In this document: positions 54,213 through 64,000 of the stretch, in pieces | Layout: each line of letters opens with the position of its first letter | Numbering within the stretch: position 1 is the first letter of the stretch | DNA from: Blastocatellia bacterium | GTDB lineage: Bacteria; Acidobacteriota; Blastocatellia; UBA7656 | Direction of reading: 5' to 3' | Assembly: GCA_035293105.1 (NCBI GenBank) | Contig: DATDOV010000100.1 | Span: 90,857 to 154,856 of the forward strand | DNA length: 64,000 nt | The notes under the pieces: generated by a model | Database searches by the model: none | Told to the model about the DNA's origin: nothing | What the model saw: only the letters and a program-made list of their open reading frames with translations | Made by a program: the position numbers and the translations under genes

Positions 54213-57200
54213 TCACCGGTCCTTCCACTCCGGGATGCGCCCTGGGGTCCAGGGAGCGCCGGCGGCTTCCATCGCCTTTTCCAGCTTCATCAGGTCCACT
54301 TCGATCACGGAACGCAGCCTCGCCAGCACCTGCTCGAATTCCTGGCCCGCGTGTCGATACTGGTCGATTTGAGTCTGGGTCGGCCGCGAGGTCGACATCC
54401 GTTGCGCGCCGACGATTCCAAAAACCCGCCCGTTTATCGAGGGAGGTGTGTTCTCGTTTCGAGCCCGTGCGGTATTGTCACCGCGCAACGCCCGGAGGAT
54501 TTCGTTTGTGCGCTTCTCGATGGAAGCCGCATCTTGAGCCAGCCTGGCTTCCGCGGCGGGAGTTTCCTGAAGCGCTCGCTTGATCAACCCTATCCGCGTT
54601 CTCAAACCGTTCGCGCTTTCAACAGCGCCCGACACCGCGCGCTGAAGCCGAGCAACCTTCTGTTGAAACTCCACCAAAGCGGCACGGTCCGCGGCGGGCA
54701 AGGACGCCGCGCCATCCACAACGACCGCGAAGTCCTGCGGACCTGAGAGCTGGCTCACCACGCCGCCGACCCTCTTGGCCAGTGTTACTCTATATCGGCC
54801 CGGCATGACCAGCGGGCCGCCCGGAGGTTCGGCGAAGGGCTCGTCGTCAGCCTCCGGCGGGCGAGGTGGGGGAAGCGATGGCGCCGGCTCGCGCAGGTCC
54901 CAGTTGATTCGATGAACACCGGAGGTCAAGGGACCCGTCAATCTGCGGACGACCCTGCCCGCGGCGTCCAGAACAGTGACGAGCACCAGGGGCGGTTCCT
55001 CCTCTTCTTCCTCGCGAAGCTGGTCCCGCCCCGGCACTGGCGGAGCGGTCTTCTTTCTTTCGGCCTCTTTCTCAGCTTCTTGTCGCAGTTGCTTTTTCGT
55101 CTTGAGCGCATCCTTCAGATAGTACGTGAAGGTCGCGCCATAGGGCGCATTCTCCGCAGTGTAGAACGACTCGCCCTGAAAACTCTTGCCGCGCCCGCCC
55201 AACGGCTGCGACTGGATGTACATCAGCGCGTCTTTTGCGGGAAAGAGCAGACTGTCAGACGCGAGGGCTTCGGGCCGCAGGCCGCGAAGCGGCGTGTAGT
55301 TGTCCAGTACGTATATTCCGCGGCCGAACGTCGCGATGACCAGATCGTTTTCGCGCTTCTGGATGGCGATATCCCGGACGGCGATCGTCGGCAGGCCGCC
55401 CTTGAGCTGGACCCACTTCTGCCCGCCATCCATCGAAAGGAACAAGCCGAACTCGGTCCCGGCGAACAAGAGATTCGAATCGACATGGTCTTCGGCGACC
55501 GCGAGCACAGGACCGTTCGCGGGCAGGTTGCCTTTGATCGAATTCCACGTCCGGCCGGCATCGGTACTCTTCAACAAGTAGGGCGAAAAGTCCGCGTTCT
55601 TGTGGTTATCGAAAGCTGCATACACGGTGCCGGCGTCGTGGTTCGAGGCGGCGATCCGGCTGACGTACGTCGCGTCGGGAACGCTCGGGAACTTGTCGAT
55701 CTTGCGCCAGTTCTTGCCGCCGTCTTCGGTCACCTGGATCAAGCCATCGTCGCTGCCGACGTAGAGCACGCCCTCTTTTTTCGGCGACTCCGCCAGCGCC
55801 GTAACATTGCCGTAGAACGAGGTCGAAGCATGTCTGGCAACCGCATCGACGCCCCAAACTTTTCCCATCACCGGCAGCTTGTCGCGGTCGATGGCGCGCG
55901 ATAGCTCGCCGCTGACCGCGCGCCAACTGTCTCCCCGGTCGTCGGAACGAAACAGCTTGTTGGCGGCGAAGTAGAGGCGCGTGTGCGCATGCGGGCTGAT
56001 GATGAAAGGCGAGTCCCAATTCCACCGGAGTGGCTCTTCGCCGCTTCCGACCTCAGGTTGAATGCCCATTCGCTCGCCGCTTCGGCGATCAAAGCGGACG
56101 AGGCCGCCGTATTGGGATTCGGCATAAATGATATTTGGGTCCTCGGGGTCTACCTGCGAGCGAAAGCCGTCGCCGCCCTGGGTCACAAACCAATCGGAGT
56201 TCGTGATGCCCGAAGCGGACCGCGTCCGCGCCGGCCCGCCCATGCTGTAATTGTCCTGAGTGCCGCCGTATACGTTGTAGAACGGCGATGCGTTGTCGAC
56301 GGTGACGTCGTAGAACTGAGTGATGGGAAGATTGCTCTTGAACGACCACGTGGCGCCTCGATCAAAGCTCTCGTAGACTCCGCCGTCACATCCCGACAGG
56401 TAGTAATTCGTGTTCTTCGGGTCGACCCATAACGCGTGGTTGTCTACGTGTTTGGACCGCTCTCCCAGCCGCCGAAGCGTTCTTCCGCCGTCGTCGGACA
56501 CCATGTTGAAGACGTTCATCACGTAGATGCGATCAACATCCTTCGGGTCGGCAACGATCTGAGCGTAGTACATCGCGGTCGTGTCGAATTCGTTGCGCCG
56601 CTCCCAACTCGCGCCGCGGTCGGTCGAGCGGAAGATCCCGCCCTTTCGGTCGGCGGCTTCGATTGTCGCGTACACGACGTTGGGATCGGCAGGCGAGGCC
56701 GCCAGCCCGATTCTTCCCAGTTCGACCGTGGGCAGACCCGCCCTCAGTTTCGCCCACGTCGCGCCGGCGTCCGTCGACTTGTATAGCGCGCTCTCCGGGC
56801 CGCCATTGATGAGCGTCCAAACGTGCCGCCGCCGCTGATACGAGGCCGCCAACAACGTGTCCGGATTCTGAGGATCGATGACGACGTCGGTGACACCCGT
56901 GTTCTCGCTGATCGACAGCACGTTCTTCCACGTCTTCCCGCCATCGGTGGTCTTGAACAGTCCTCGGTCACCGCCGGGACCCCAGAGCGGCCCTTGCGCG
57001 GCGACATAAACCGTCTCTGAACTGCGGGGGTCGATGACGATGCGGCCGATATGTTCAGAAGACTTGAGGCCGACGTTTTTCCATGTCTTTCCGCCGTCGT
57101 CGGAGCGGTAAACTCCGTCGCCGTACGAGACGCTTCGCTGAGAGTTGTTCTCACCTGTGCCGACCCACACCGCAAGCGGGTTCTTCGGGTCGAGGACAAC

Positions 57201-57587
57201 GGCTCCAATCGAGTATGACCCTTCACTATCGAAGACCGGGGTCCACGTAGTGCCCGCGTTGGTGGTCCTCCAAACGCCGCCCGAAGCCGCCGCGACAAAG
57301 TAACTGCTGCGATCGTTGGGATCGACGGCGAAACCAACGACGCGCCCCGAGGTGAACGCGGGTCCGATCGACCGAAGTCTCAGACCGGAAAAAGTCGCCG
57401 ATGACATCGGGTCCGGTTTTTTTGGCTCTTCATTCTTGGGTTCTTCCTGTTGCGGCGGCTTTTCGGAAGTTGTTCGCTCAGCCTGGGCGAGCGCGCCGAG
57501 CGGCGCGAGCAAAAAGGCGAGCATCACGCAGGTCGCTACGAAACCTCGAAGTTTCAACGTTGTGTCCTCCTTGGAACGTCCGGGCAA
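54213..57587 (-). CDS. secreted BNR/Asp-box repeat (sortilin/Vps10-like beta-propeller) protein, 1124 aa
   Basis: Signal peptide. Multiple S-x-D-x-G-x-T-W Asp-boxes (ASGGVWRTTNAGTTW, SDDGGKTWKNV, TTDGGKTWKNV, STDAGATW, STDRGASW, TEDGGKNW, STDAGRTW, SMDGGQKW). C-terminal coiled-coil region. Confidence 0.65.
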   Translation of the reverse strand: MPGRSKEDTTLKLRGFVATCVMLAFLLAPLGALAQAERTTSEKPPQQEEPKNEEPKKPDPMSSATFSGLRLRSIGPAFTSGRVVGFAVDPNDRSSYFVAAASGGVWRTTNAGTTWTPVFDSEGSYSIGAVVLDPKNPLAVWVGTGENNSQRSVSYGDGVYRSDDGGKTWKNVGLKSSEHIGRIVIDPRSSETVYVAAQGPLWGPGGDRGLFKTTDGGKTWKNVLSISENTGVTDVVIDPQNPDTLLAASYQRRRHVWTLINGGPESALYKSTDAGATWAKLRAGLPTVELGRIGLAASPADPNVVYATIEAADRKGGIFRSTDRGASWERRNEFDTTAMYYAQIVADPKDVDRIYVMNVFNMVSDDGGRTLRRLGERSKHVDNHALWVDPKNTNYYLSGCDGGVYESFDRGATWSFKSNLPITQFYDVTVDNASPFYNVYGGTQDNYSMGGPARTRSASGITNSDWFVTQGGDGFRSQVDPEDPNIIYAESQYGGLVRFDRRSGERMGIQPEVGSGEEPLRWNWDSPFIISPHAHTRLYFAANKLFRSDDRGDSWRAVSGELSRAIDRDKLPVMGKVWGVDAVARHASTSFYGNVTALAESPKKEGVLYVGSDDGLIQVTEDGGKNWRKIDKFPSVPDATYVSRIAASNHDAGTVYAAFDNHKNADFSPYLLKSTDAGRTWNSIKGNLPANGPVLAVAEDHVDSNLLFAGTEFGLFLSMDGGQKWVQLKGGLPTIAVRDIAIQKRENDLVIATFGRGIYVLDNYTPLRGLRPEALASDSLLFPAKDALMYIQSQPLGGRGKSFQGESFYTAENAPYGATFTYYLKDALKTKKQLRQEAEKEAERKKTAPPVPGRDQLREEEEEEPPLVLVTVLDAAGRVVRRLTGPLTSGVHRINWDLREPAPSLPPPRPPEADDEPFAEPPGGPLVMPGRYRVTLAKRVGGVVSQLSGPQDFAVVVDGAASLPAADRAALVEFQQKVARLQRAVSGAVESANGLRTRIGLIKRALQETPAAEARLAQDAASIEKRTNEILRALRGDNTARARNENTPPSINGRVFGIVGAQRMSTSRPTQTQIDQYRHAGQEFEQVLARLRSVIEVDLMKLEKAMEAAGAPWTPGRIPEWKDR

Positions 57588-57677
57588 GTTTCAGTTTGTC
57601 GCATACATCCGAAATCCTCGGCGACGACGGCTCAGCGACAAACTCTCATTTGTCGAATGTCGCCGCGCCGCTCAGAT

Positions 57678-58136
57678 TCACGGAAGTCGCTCGAATGTGA
57701 ACTCAACTCCGGGATTGGCCACCGGTTTGACCGAGAGCTTGTTGCCTTCGAGCTTGAACTCCCATTTCACGGTTGTTCCCATCGAAGCCGGACTGGCCTG
57801 AGCAACTTGCGTCAACGTAATGATGTTGCCCTGTACCTCGAAGGTGCCGGCCGTTGCCGCAAGACCCTGATACGCGGCGATTATCTTCTTCGTACGATCC
57901 GCCTCAGCGTCTTGCTGGCTCCACCCTTCGCGGCCAACGCCGGCGCGCACGAAAGCCAGGTGCTTTCCGTGGACGACGAGCATTCCCTTGGCGTCGGCTT
58001 CAGTTTGTCCGCCACCCGGAAATGTAAGGCCGACGAACTTGTACGCGCCGTCGAGTTTTGGTTCCGCCGCAAGGCTCGCGCCCACGGCCGCCGACATCAC
58101 AATGATCGCAAAAACAGCAGTCCTGATTCTCACCAC
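57678..58136 (-). CDS. small secreted protein (hypothetical)
   Basis: GTG start with GAGGAGG RBS. Signal peptide VRIRTAVFAIIVMSAAVGASLAA. Confidence 0.45.
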   Translation of the reverse strand: MVRIRTAVFAIIVMSAAVGASLAAEPKLDGAYKFVGLTFPGGGQTEADAKGMLVVHGKHLAFVRAGVGREGWSQQDAEADRTKKIIAAYQGLAATAGTFEVQGNIITLTQVAQASPASMGTTVKWEFKLEGNKLSVKPVANPGVEFTFERLP

Positions 58137-58336
58137 TTTTCCTCCTCGGTTGTTAGCGTTCGCTTGGATCGGTAGGAATCTTCCACTGGCATCTGAGCGC
58201 GCAATCATACAAGCTGGTTCCCCTGGCGTTCAAGCGCGATGGATGGATGATGGATGACGAGATGGTCTATATCGGAATGCGGTTCCACCTTGCCTGCTTG
58301 CCCGCGGTCTTTACCCCCCGTGAGCATGCGACTACA

Positions 58337-58989
58337 ATGCGGGCATCATCGCTTCGCGAACCACTCTTGTTGCTGTTGCAGGCCTGTCATCGGGGACGGG
58401 CAAGACGACGCTGGTTTGCGAGTTGCTCCGGCGTTTTTCCGGCTGGGAAGCTATCAAGGTATCTCGCGGCCACTACCGGTCGTGCGGAAAGGACCCGAAA
58501 GCGTGCTGCGTCAGCCCGATGCTTGGCGAAAGACCCACGGTGTTAAGCAGCCGCGATGAAACCTACGCTCGCGGTAAGGACACCGGGCGATACTGGGACT
58601 CGGGCGCCGGCAATGTCCATTGGGTGATCTGCACGAGCGAGCAGGTGGCGGCCGGCGTGGAAACGGCCCTCGAGAGGGTGCAATCCGACGGCGTATTCGT
58701 CGAGGGAACCAGCGTGCTGAACCACGTCCAAGCTGACTACTCGATCATGGTAGTCGGGAAGGCGGTTGGCGAAATAAAACCTTCGGCTTCGCGGGTTCTG
58801 GAGAGAATCGACGCATTGTACTCGCCAGGGGGCGACGGCGACGTCAGAACCGAACTCGGTGAACGGCTGCTGAGGCGGGGGAAAGCGCTTCCGGCAGTGC
58901 CTCTGTACCTGGAGCGGGACCTTGACGCTCTAGCTGCCGAGGTCGGTCGCATCCACGCAGCACGCCGACCATTGCGGCCCCTCGGCTAG
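58337..58989 (+). pseudogene. MobB-like P-loop NTPase, apparently frameshifted or mis-sequenced at a G3 tract near the start
   Basis: ATG 58337 reads M-R then shifts. The -1 frame continues IIASRTTLVAVAGLSSGTGKTTLVCELLRRF... (Walker A) into ORF 58423..58989. Inserting one G into atgcGGGcatc would restore MRGIIAS... Confidence 0.4.
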
Positions 58990-59066
58990 AGCAACTCGGC
59001 CGACAATCGGCTTGAAATGTTCGTTTTTAAGGCGATCGCAACCCCTCGGCCAGCGTAGGGCCAGGG

Positions 59067-59372
59067 TCAGCAGGGAAGGAGCGACAGAATGTCCAGCGTG
59101 ATCTCCTGCTCCGAGTACTGCCGATCGAGGTAAACGTTGAATCGCTGGGTCGCGAGCAAAAAGAGGAAGATGTCCTGAGTCATCAGGTTGAAGTCCCGTT
59201 CACCTCCAGGGGCTTGCGCTTTGACCAGATTGGAAATCTTGCTCCAGATTGCATCTGAATCGTCTTCAAGTAACAGTTCCCGCCAGTTCCGCTCTTGTAC
59301 CGAGGCCGGCCTTGTCGGCAACAGCCTCAGACTCGCGCGCTGGGCAACCGACGTGAGGGCTTTCGTTGCCAT
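59067..59372 (-). CDS. hypothetical protein
   Basis: ORF only. Confidence 0.3.
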   Translation of the reverse strand: MATKALTSVAQRASLRLLPTRPASVQERNWRELLLEDDSDAIWSKISNLVKAQAPGGERDFNLMTQDIFLFLLATQRFNVYLDRQYSEQEITLDILSLLPC

Positions 59373-59603
59373 AGCGCCTCTCCTCTCTATTCCGTTAAGC
59401 CGGTTTGGGGGCCCAAACAGCCGCTAACAGCCGCCCCTTTCGAGGGGCGAGACCGTCACCCGCCGGCAGGGGACTATTATTAGCACACAGTTTATTCAAG
59501 CATCAAGGAACTTTGTACGGATTGCGAATTTATTTGCACTGTAAGGGAACCGGGGACGATCCAGCAAAAAGGCCGTTTGCGGCCAAAATACCAAACCGGT
59601 TAG

Positions 59604-59924
59604 ATGGAGGGCGAGTTGCCCGAGCGAAGGTTAGCGCGAAGATTCAGGGTTGGGTGGACGGTGACCGTGCGGGGCATCGACAGCGCAGGAGCCGCCTACG
59701 ACGAACCATCCCACCTCGAGAATCTCAGCTCGACCGGCGCATTCGTGTACCTCACGAAACCGGTAGGCGTGGGGGCAGAACTCGAGGTCCGCATTAAGGT
59801 GCCCTTCAAGAAGGAAAACTGGATGAGGTATCCAGCCGAAGTAGTCCGCGTCGAGAATGCGCCGAGCAAGGTCGGCGTTGCCGTCCGATTCGGCGCCAGT
59901 CGGCCGGTCTTCGTCGCCCACTAG
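59604..59924 (+). CDS. PilZ-domain protein
   Basis: RRLARRFRV (RxxxR) and NLSSTGAFV (D/NxSxxG) c-di-GMP-binding motifs. Confidence 0.6.
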   Translation: MEGELPERRLARRFRVGWTVTVRGIDSAGAAYDEPSHLENLSSTGAFVYLTKPVGVGAELEVRIKVPFKKENWMRYPAEVVRVENAPSKVGVAVRFGASRPVFVAH

Positions 59925-59941
59925 GTCGCGTCCCCATTGTC

Positions 59942-60496
59942 TCAACCGCGAGACGAGTGCTCCTTTGCATTCAGCCGCAAAAGGTTCTCCTTCAGTGACC
60001 TAATCAAGGAATCCCTCGCGCCCTGTGTATCGCAGCTTCTAAGCTCATCAACCAGACGATCGACTTCGCTGATGATTGCACGCCCCTCGTCGTCGCTCGA
60101 CTCCCTGTCGGGCGGGGGGAGCGGCCCGGCGGGGCGACCTAACAACTGGTCTACAGCGGTCCAGAATTCGTGGATATGAATGGGTTTCTCCAGGCAGCGA
60201 TCGGCTCCCGCAGCTTCGGCTTCGACGAGTATCATCGGTCCGCATCCGCTGATGACCAGTACCGGCGTAGACTTGATCACCTCGTCCTTTCGGACGTTAC
60301 CAATGAAATGCAGTCCGCTCTTTCCCGGCAATGCGATGTCGGTAATGATGAGGTCCGGCTGCGCGCCGACGGCCAGCTTCAACGCATGCTCGGCATCCGA
60401 CGCTGTGATGACTCCAAAGCCCTTGAGCCGTAACAGCTCGGCCAGCGGGTGCAATGTGTCGAAGTCATCCTCAACAATCAAGACCGATGTTGTCAT
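59942..60496 (-). CDS. response regulator receiver (CheY-like) protein with C-terminal extension
   Basis: VLIVEDDFD...DLIITDIALPGKSG...PVLVISG carry the receiver Asp pocket and the phospho-acceptor D in ITDIALP. Confidence 0.7.
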   Translation of the reverse strand: MTTSVLIVEDDFDTLHPLAELLRLKGFGVITASDAEHALKLAVGAQPDLIITDIALPGKSGLHFIGNVRKDEVIKSTPVLVISGCGPMILVEAEAAGADRCLEKPIHIHEFWTAVDQLLGRPAGPLPPPDRESSDDEGRAIISEVDRLVDELRSCDTQGARDSLIRSLKENLLRLNAKEHSSRG

Positions 60497-60758
60497 TTCG
60501 TCCTCGCAACTGAAAACTGTTACCGGTTCGTGAGGAAATCAAGTGAGGTCGTCGGAACGTAGTCCGCGGGGCGGATGCTTCGATCAGAATATACACGCGA
60601 ACGCGGCGGTGAACAATGGTGCGGCGGTGCAACGCTGTGAATGTGCAACGCGGTGAAGTTGAAAACGCGCCGGTACCGATGCTAGGCTATCCGCCAGCTA
60701 AGACCCCAACACATCGACTTGAGAGTTCTGCGTAGGCAGCGGGAGGTAGAAGCAAGTA

Positions 60759-63161
60759 GTGGGATCTGAACACTCGGTTAGCAGGGCGCGAGTATATTTC
60801 GGTGTCTTCCTGGTCAGCCTTTCCGTGTTGATGCTCGAGCTCGTTCTTACTCGAATATTCTCGGTAACGATGTATTATCACTTCGCCTTTATGGCGATAT
60901 CCCTCGCGCTGTTCGGCTCGGGCGCCAGCGGCGTGTTCGTCTACCTTCGCGCCGACCGCTTCACAGAAGAACGCGCGCAGAGACACATGGCCATCAGTTC
61001 GATGGCCATGGGCGTGTCGATAGTCGGCGGGCTTGTGGCCCTGCTGAACGTCGGAGTCGGACTTCTGCCGTCCCCGCGCACCTACCTGACGCTCGCCGGT
61101 CTCTACCTCGTATGCGCCGCGCCCTTTTTCTTCGGCGGCATCTGTCTATCGCTGGCAATGAAACACCTGGCTTCCCGATCAGGGAAGCTCTACTTCTTCG
61201 ATCTGGTTGGTGCAAGCTGCGGGTGCCTTTTGGTGATTCCGGCCTTGGGGCTGCTCGGCGGCCCGACCGCCATGTTACTCGTAGCTGCGCTAGCCGCCGC
61301 GAGCGCCGTCGCCTTTTCGCGCGGAGTGAGCCGGCGGCTGACTTCATGTGCGGTCGGGGTCGTCATCGCCATCTCCGCGCTCGCGGCGACAAACCAGCGC
61401 TTCGATCTGCTCACGATAGTGTGGGTCAAGGGCACTCGCGAGAAGCCTACACTGTTCACGAAGTGGAATTCATTCTCTCGCGTGACGGTGTCGGGCGACC
61501 CGAACGACCTCAAGCCTCTATGGATAACGATTGACTCAGACGCGGCGAGTTCGATACTGCGCTACAGCAACAACCCCGACGCGATGGAGTATGTCGAGGA
61601 GAAGGTCTCGGCCCTCGCCTATCAGATCAAGAGCGAGCCGTCGGTGCTGGTCATCGGTCCCGGCGGCGGCCGTGAGGTGGTCACCGCCCTTGAATCGGGC
61701 AGCCGCAACATCACCGCCGTCGAAGTCAATCCCATAATCGTCAACGACGTGATGCTGGCCGAGCCCTATCGCAGCTTTTCCGGCAATCTCTACGCGCGCC
61801 CGGAAGTGAAGGCCATCGTGGACGAAGGCCGGAGCTTCGTGCGCGGAAGCAGCGAACGGTTCGACATCATTCAGGCGTCCCTCATCGACACGTGGGCGGC
61901 GAATGCCGCCGGCGCATTCGCGCTCACCGAAAACAACCTCTATACCGTCGAGGCGTTCAAGCAGTATTCCGATCATTTGACCGACGACGGCATCCTGACC
62001 ATGACGCGGTGGCTGCTCGACCCGCCGCAGCAAGAACTCAGGCTGGTGAGCCTCGCGCGGGAGCTGATGGACCGAGAGCGAGTACCAAGGCCCGAACGCC
62101 ACCTTTGCGTCTTCAAGGGACAGGGCCGCGGCGAGCGGATCGAGACCAGCTTCTTGTTCAAGAAGAGCGAGTTCACCGACGACGAGATTCGCAAACTGGA
62201 AGCGCATGCCGCCGAAACCGGCTGCGAGGTCCTGTACACTCCTCTCACCCGGCCGGCCAATGTCTTCACCGAACTGGCGACCACCGGGAACCGCGAGGCG
62301 TTCTATGCTCGCTATCCGATTAACGTCCGGCCGACCTTTGACGACAGCCCCTTCTTCTTCTATCACCTCGCGGTCGAAGACATACCCAAGGCGTTTCGCC
62401 TGACCAACGAATCCCAGAAGACCAACATGGGCGTCTTCGTTCTGTTCAGCCTCATGATCATCACCGCCATCCTCGTCCTGGTTTTCATTCTCGGCCCGCT
62501 TGCGATTGCCCGGAGGCGGTCGCTCTACATCTCGTCGCGAACGACGGTGGGACGGCTGATCTACTTTGGCGGACTCGGAGTCGGCTTCATCGTCATCGAA
62601 ATGGCCATGATTCAACGGTTCATACTCTTTCTCGGCCGCCCGGTCTACGCGCTCGCCGTGGTCCTGTTTTCACTCTTGCTATTCAGCGGCGTTGGCAGCT
62701 TGCTGTCGTCAAAGGTGGCCGACACGCGTCTCGAGAAGACGGCGGCAAAGGTCCTCATGGCAATAGCCGGGATCACTCTCGCGTACGTTGCGTTGCTGCC
62801 GGCCGTCTATGATGGCTTTGGGGGGCATGCCCTCGTCTGGCGCGTATTCGTTTCAGTCGTGCTTCTGCTGCCGTTGGCGTTGCTGCTGGGAATGCCGATG
62901 CCGCTCGGGATCAGAATGCTCAGCCTGCGCGCGCCGGAGCTTGTTCCCTGGGCGTGGGGAATAAACGGCTCGGCGTCGGTGATGGGATCAGTCGCCGCGG
63001 TCATTATCGCGATGCACTGGGGATTCGGCGCGGCGCTCGTCGTCGGCGCGCTCGCCTATCTCTGCTCGACGGTACTGGTTGGCTTTGATCGTCGCGTCGA
63101 GCGCGAGCCGTCCGACCGGATCGAAGAACCGGCGCCCGCGCTCGCCTCAGCCGGCGACTGA
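60759..63161 (+). CDS. polytopic membrane protein fused to a spermidine/spermine-synthase-like (aminopropyltransferase fold) domain
   Basis: ~8 N-terminal TM helices, then VLVIGPGGGREVVTAL...NITAVEVNP...FDIIQASLIDTW (SAM-MTase/spermidine synthase motifs), then further C-terminal TM helices. Confidence 0.65.
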   Translation: MGSEHSVSRARVYFGVFLVSLSVLMLELVLTRIFSVTMYYHFAFMAISLALFGSGASGVFVYLRADRFTEERAQRHMAISSMAMGVSIVGGLVALLNVGVGLLPSPRTYLTLAGLYLVCAAPFFFGGICLSLAMKHLASRSGKLYFFDLVGASCGCLLVIPALGLLGGPTAMLLVAALAAASAVAFSRGVSRRLTSCAVGVVIAISALAATNQRFDLLTIVWVKGTREKPTLFTKWNSFSRVTVSGDPNDLKPLWITIDSDAASSILRYSNNPDAMEYVEEKVSALAYQIKSEPSVLVIGPGGGREVVTALESGSRNITAVEVNPIIVNDVMLAEPYRSFSGNLYARPEVKAIVDEGRSFVRGSSERFDIIQASLIDTWAANAAGAFALTENNLYTVEAFKQYSDHLTDDGILTMTRWLLDPPQQELRLVSLARELMDRERVPRPERHLCVFKGQGRGERIETSFLFKKSEFTDDEIRKLEAHAAETGCEVLYTPLTRPANVFTELATTGNREAFYARYPINVRPTFDDSPFFFYHLAVEDIPKAFRLTNESQKTNMGVFVLFSLMIITAILVLVFILGPLAIARRRSLYISSRTTVGRLIYFGGLGVGFIVIEMAMIQRFILFLGRPVYALAVVLFSLLLFSGVGSLLSSKVADTRLEKTAAKVLMAIAGITLAYVALLPAVYDGFGGHALVWRVFVSVVLLLPLALLLGMPMPLGIRMLSLRAPELVPWAWGINGSASVMGSVAAVIIAMHWGFGAALVVGALAYLCSTVLVGFDRRVEREPSDRIEEPAPALASAGD

Positions 63162-63202
63162 CATCGAACACGGACGGATACTCAAACCTTGCTCGCTTCA
63201 TA

Positions 63203-64000
63203 ATGCCCGGGTCACTATCCGACATCGCATCCTCGATCTCATCGCCCGTTGAAGCGCGTCTGTTCGCTGAGTACGGCGCCATCTTCGCGACCACGGCGAC
63301 GCCGCCTCCGGCGATCGTTTTCCCTGACGCCGATGCGGTTCGCGCGTACCAATCCCAACTCTGCATCCGCCGGGCAAGGCTCGGCGCGTGGGACCTCGAA
63401 CTGCAAGAGCCGGCGATGGACGCGCTCCTGGCTGCCACGGCGGAGGGGGCTGCAAGAGGTGCAAGCCTCACACCACGCGCAGCCGATGCGGCGAGACGAG
63501 ACTACGATGACACTGTGAGGCTTTGGAATCGAAACGTGACGCGCGGCCTCGAACACTGGCGCCGTGTCGGACGACTATCGGAGGACCGCGCGGAGGCGAT
63601 TCGTCGGCTTTCTCGGCTGGATCAAGTCGCAACCGTTTTGTCGATCGAAGACGGCGAGCAACTCTACTTCGGCACCTTCTTTGATCGATCCATACTCTAT
63701 TCAGTTGCGGCCCCTGGAGCGTCGCAGCACCTGTCGCTGCTCGCCTTCGATGTCGCCGAGCACGATGACCCAACCGTGGAACGCGTTCTCAACGAGCTCG
63801 GCTGGTTCCGCACCGTTGCCAACGACCTCCCGCACTTTACCTATCTGGGACACGAGTCGGACAATCTGCCAATCCTTGGACTGAGATTGGTCGAGCGGGA
63901 CGCTGGCGACCGCCGTTACAGCTTCTGGGTTCCCGACACGAACTTCCAACGTGGCCTTGGCGAAGGCCGACCCGACGATGGCAAAGATGTCTCATGTCTG
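63203..64000 (+). CDS. hypothetical protein, 3'-truncated by window edge
   Basis: Uninterrupted frame from ATG 63203 to the window end (MPGSLSDIASSISSPVEARLF...). It is absent from the ORF track because no stop falls inside the window. Confidence 0.45.
   Translation, partial: MPGSLSDIASSISSPVEARLFAEYGAIFATTATPPPAIVFPDADAVRAYQSQLCIRRARLGAWDLELQEPAMDALLAATAEGAARGASLTPRAADAARRDYDDTVRLWNRNVTRGLEHWRRVGRLSEDRAEAIRRLSRLDQVATVLSIEDGEQLYFGTFFDRSILYSVAAPGASQHLSLLAFDVAEHDDPTVERVLNELGWFRTVANDLPHFTYLGHESDNLPILGLRLVERDAGDRRYSFWVPDTNFQRGLGEGRPDDGKDVSCL

Overview
This is a high-GC (~60%) bacterial chromosomal segment. No rRNA, tRNA or CRISPR array was recognised. Gene content suggests an Acidobacteria-like or similar environmental Gram-negative organism (inference only): multihaem c-type cytochromes paired with NHL beta-propeller proteins, a CarboxypepD_reg/TonB-type outer-membrane receptor, several ECF sigma/anti-sigma pairs and a CHAT-TPR protein. 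I worked only from the six-frame ORF track and by-eye motif reading; no database search was possible.

Layout, left to right:
1. 1-8423 (+): a co-directional cluster of three multihaem cytochromes (>=6, 4 and ~12 haems), two NHL-repeat proteins, a SurA-like PPIase and a 623-aa putative outer-membrane beta-barrel. I read this as a candidate porin-cytochrome extracellular electron-transfer module.
2. 8544-11421: a TPR-protein gene bracketed by ~76-bp direct repeats.
3. 11505-14359 (-): a two-gene operon with a 4-bp ATGA overlap, made of a SIR2-like (DSR/ThsA-type) NADase-domain protein followed by a P-loop nSTAND-type NTPase that carries a transmembrane helix and a long coiled coil in place of a repeat sensor domain. 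I consider this the most likely 'new system' here: a split SIR2-effector / STAND-sensor antiphage-type module.
4. 16356-27628 (-): an ECF sigma, then anti-sigma, then CHAT-TPR, followed by an array of small secreted/lipoproteins and a CsgG-like protein. A conserved ~88-nt upstream element occurs twice, and the core motif TGTCTGTTG recurs four times.
5. 27736-36789: LPS heptose adenylyltransferase, hydrolases, an EF-hand protein, a giant TonB-receptor-like OMP, a sigma/anti-sigma/CpxP-like unit and hemolysin III.
6. 36871-40573 (-): AAA ATPase, membrane protein, PspA. The intergenic regions are built from heptamer (CCTAAAT)n and octamer (GTCATTGA)n tandem repeats with inverted copies.
7. 40934-47266: polyprenyl synthase, zinc-ribbon-FGE/SUMF1 protein, sensor-like membrane protein, secreted proteins.
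8. 48295-49845 (+): a minimal bacterial-microcompartment locus. It holds a class II aldolase with a C-terminal amphipathic extension, one BMC-H and one BMC-P shell protein. NAD synthetase nadE follows immediately, and no aldehyde dehydrogenase is in view.
9. 51764-64000: a long inverted repeat between convergent genes, an exported truncated haemoglobin with a TTG start, a BNR/sortilin-like 1124-aa protein, a MobB-like P-loop gene with an apparent G-tract frameshift, a PilZ protein, a response regulator and a membrane-fused spermidine-synthase-like protein.
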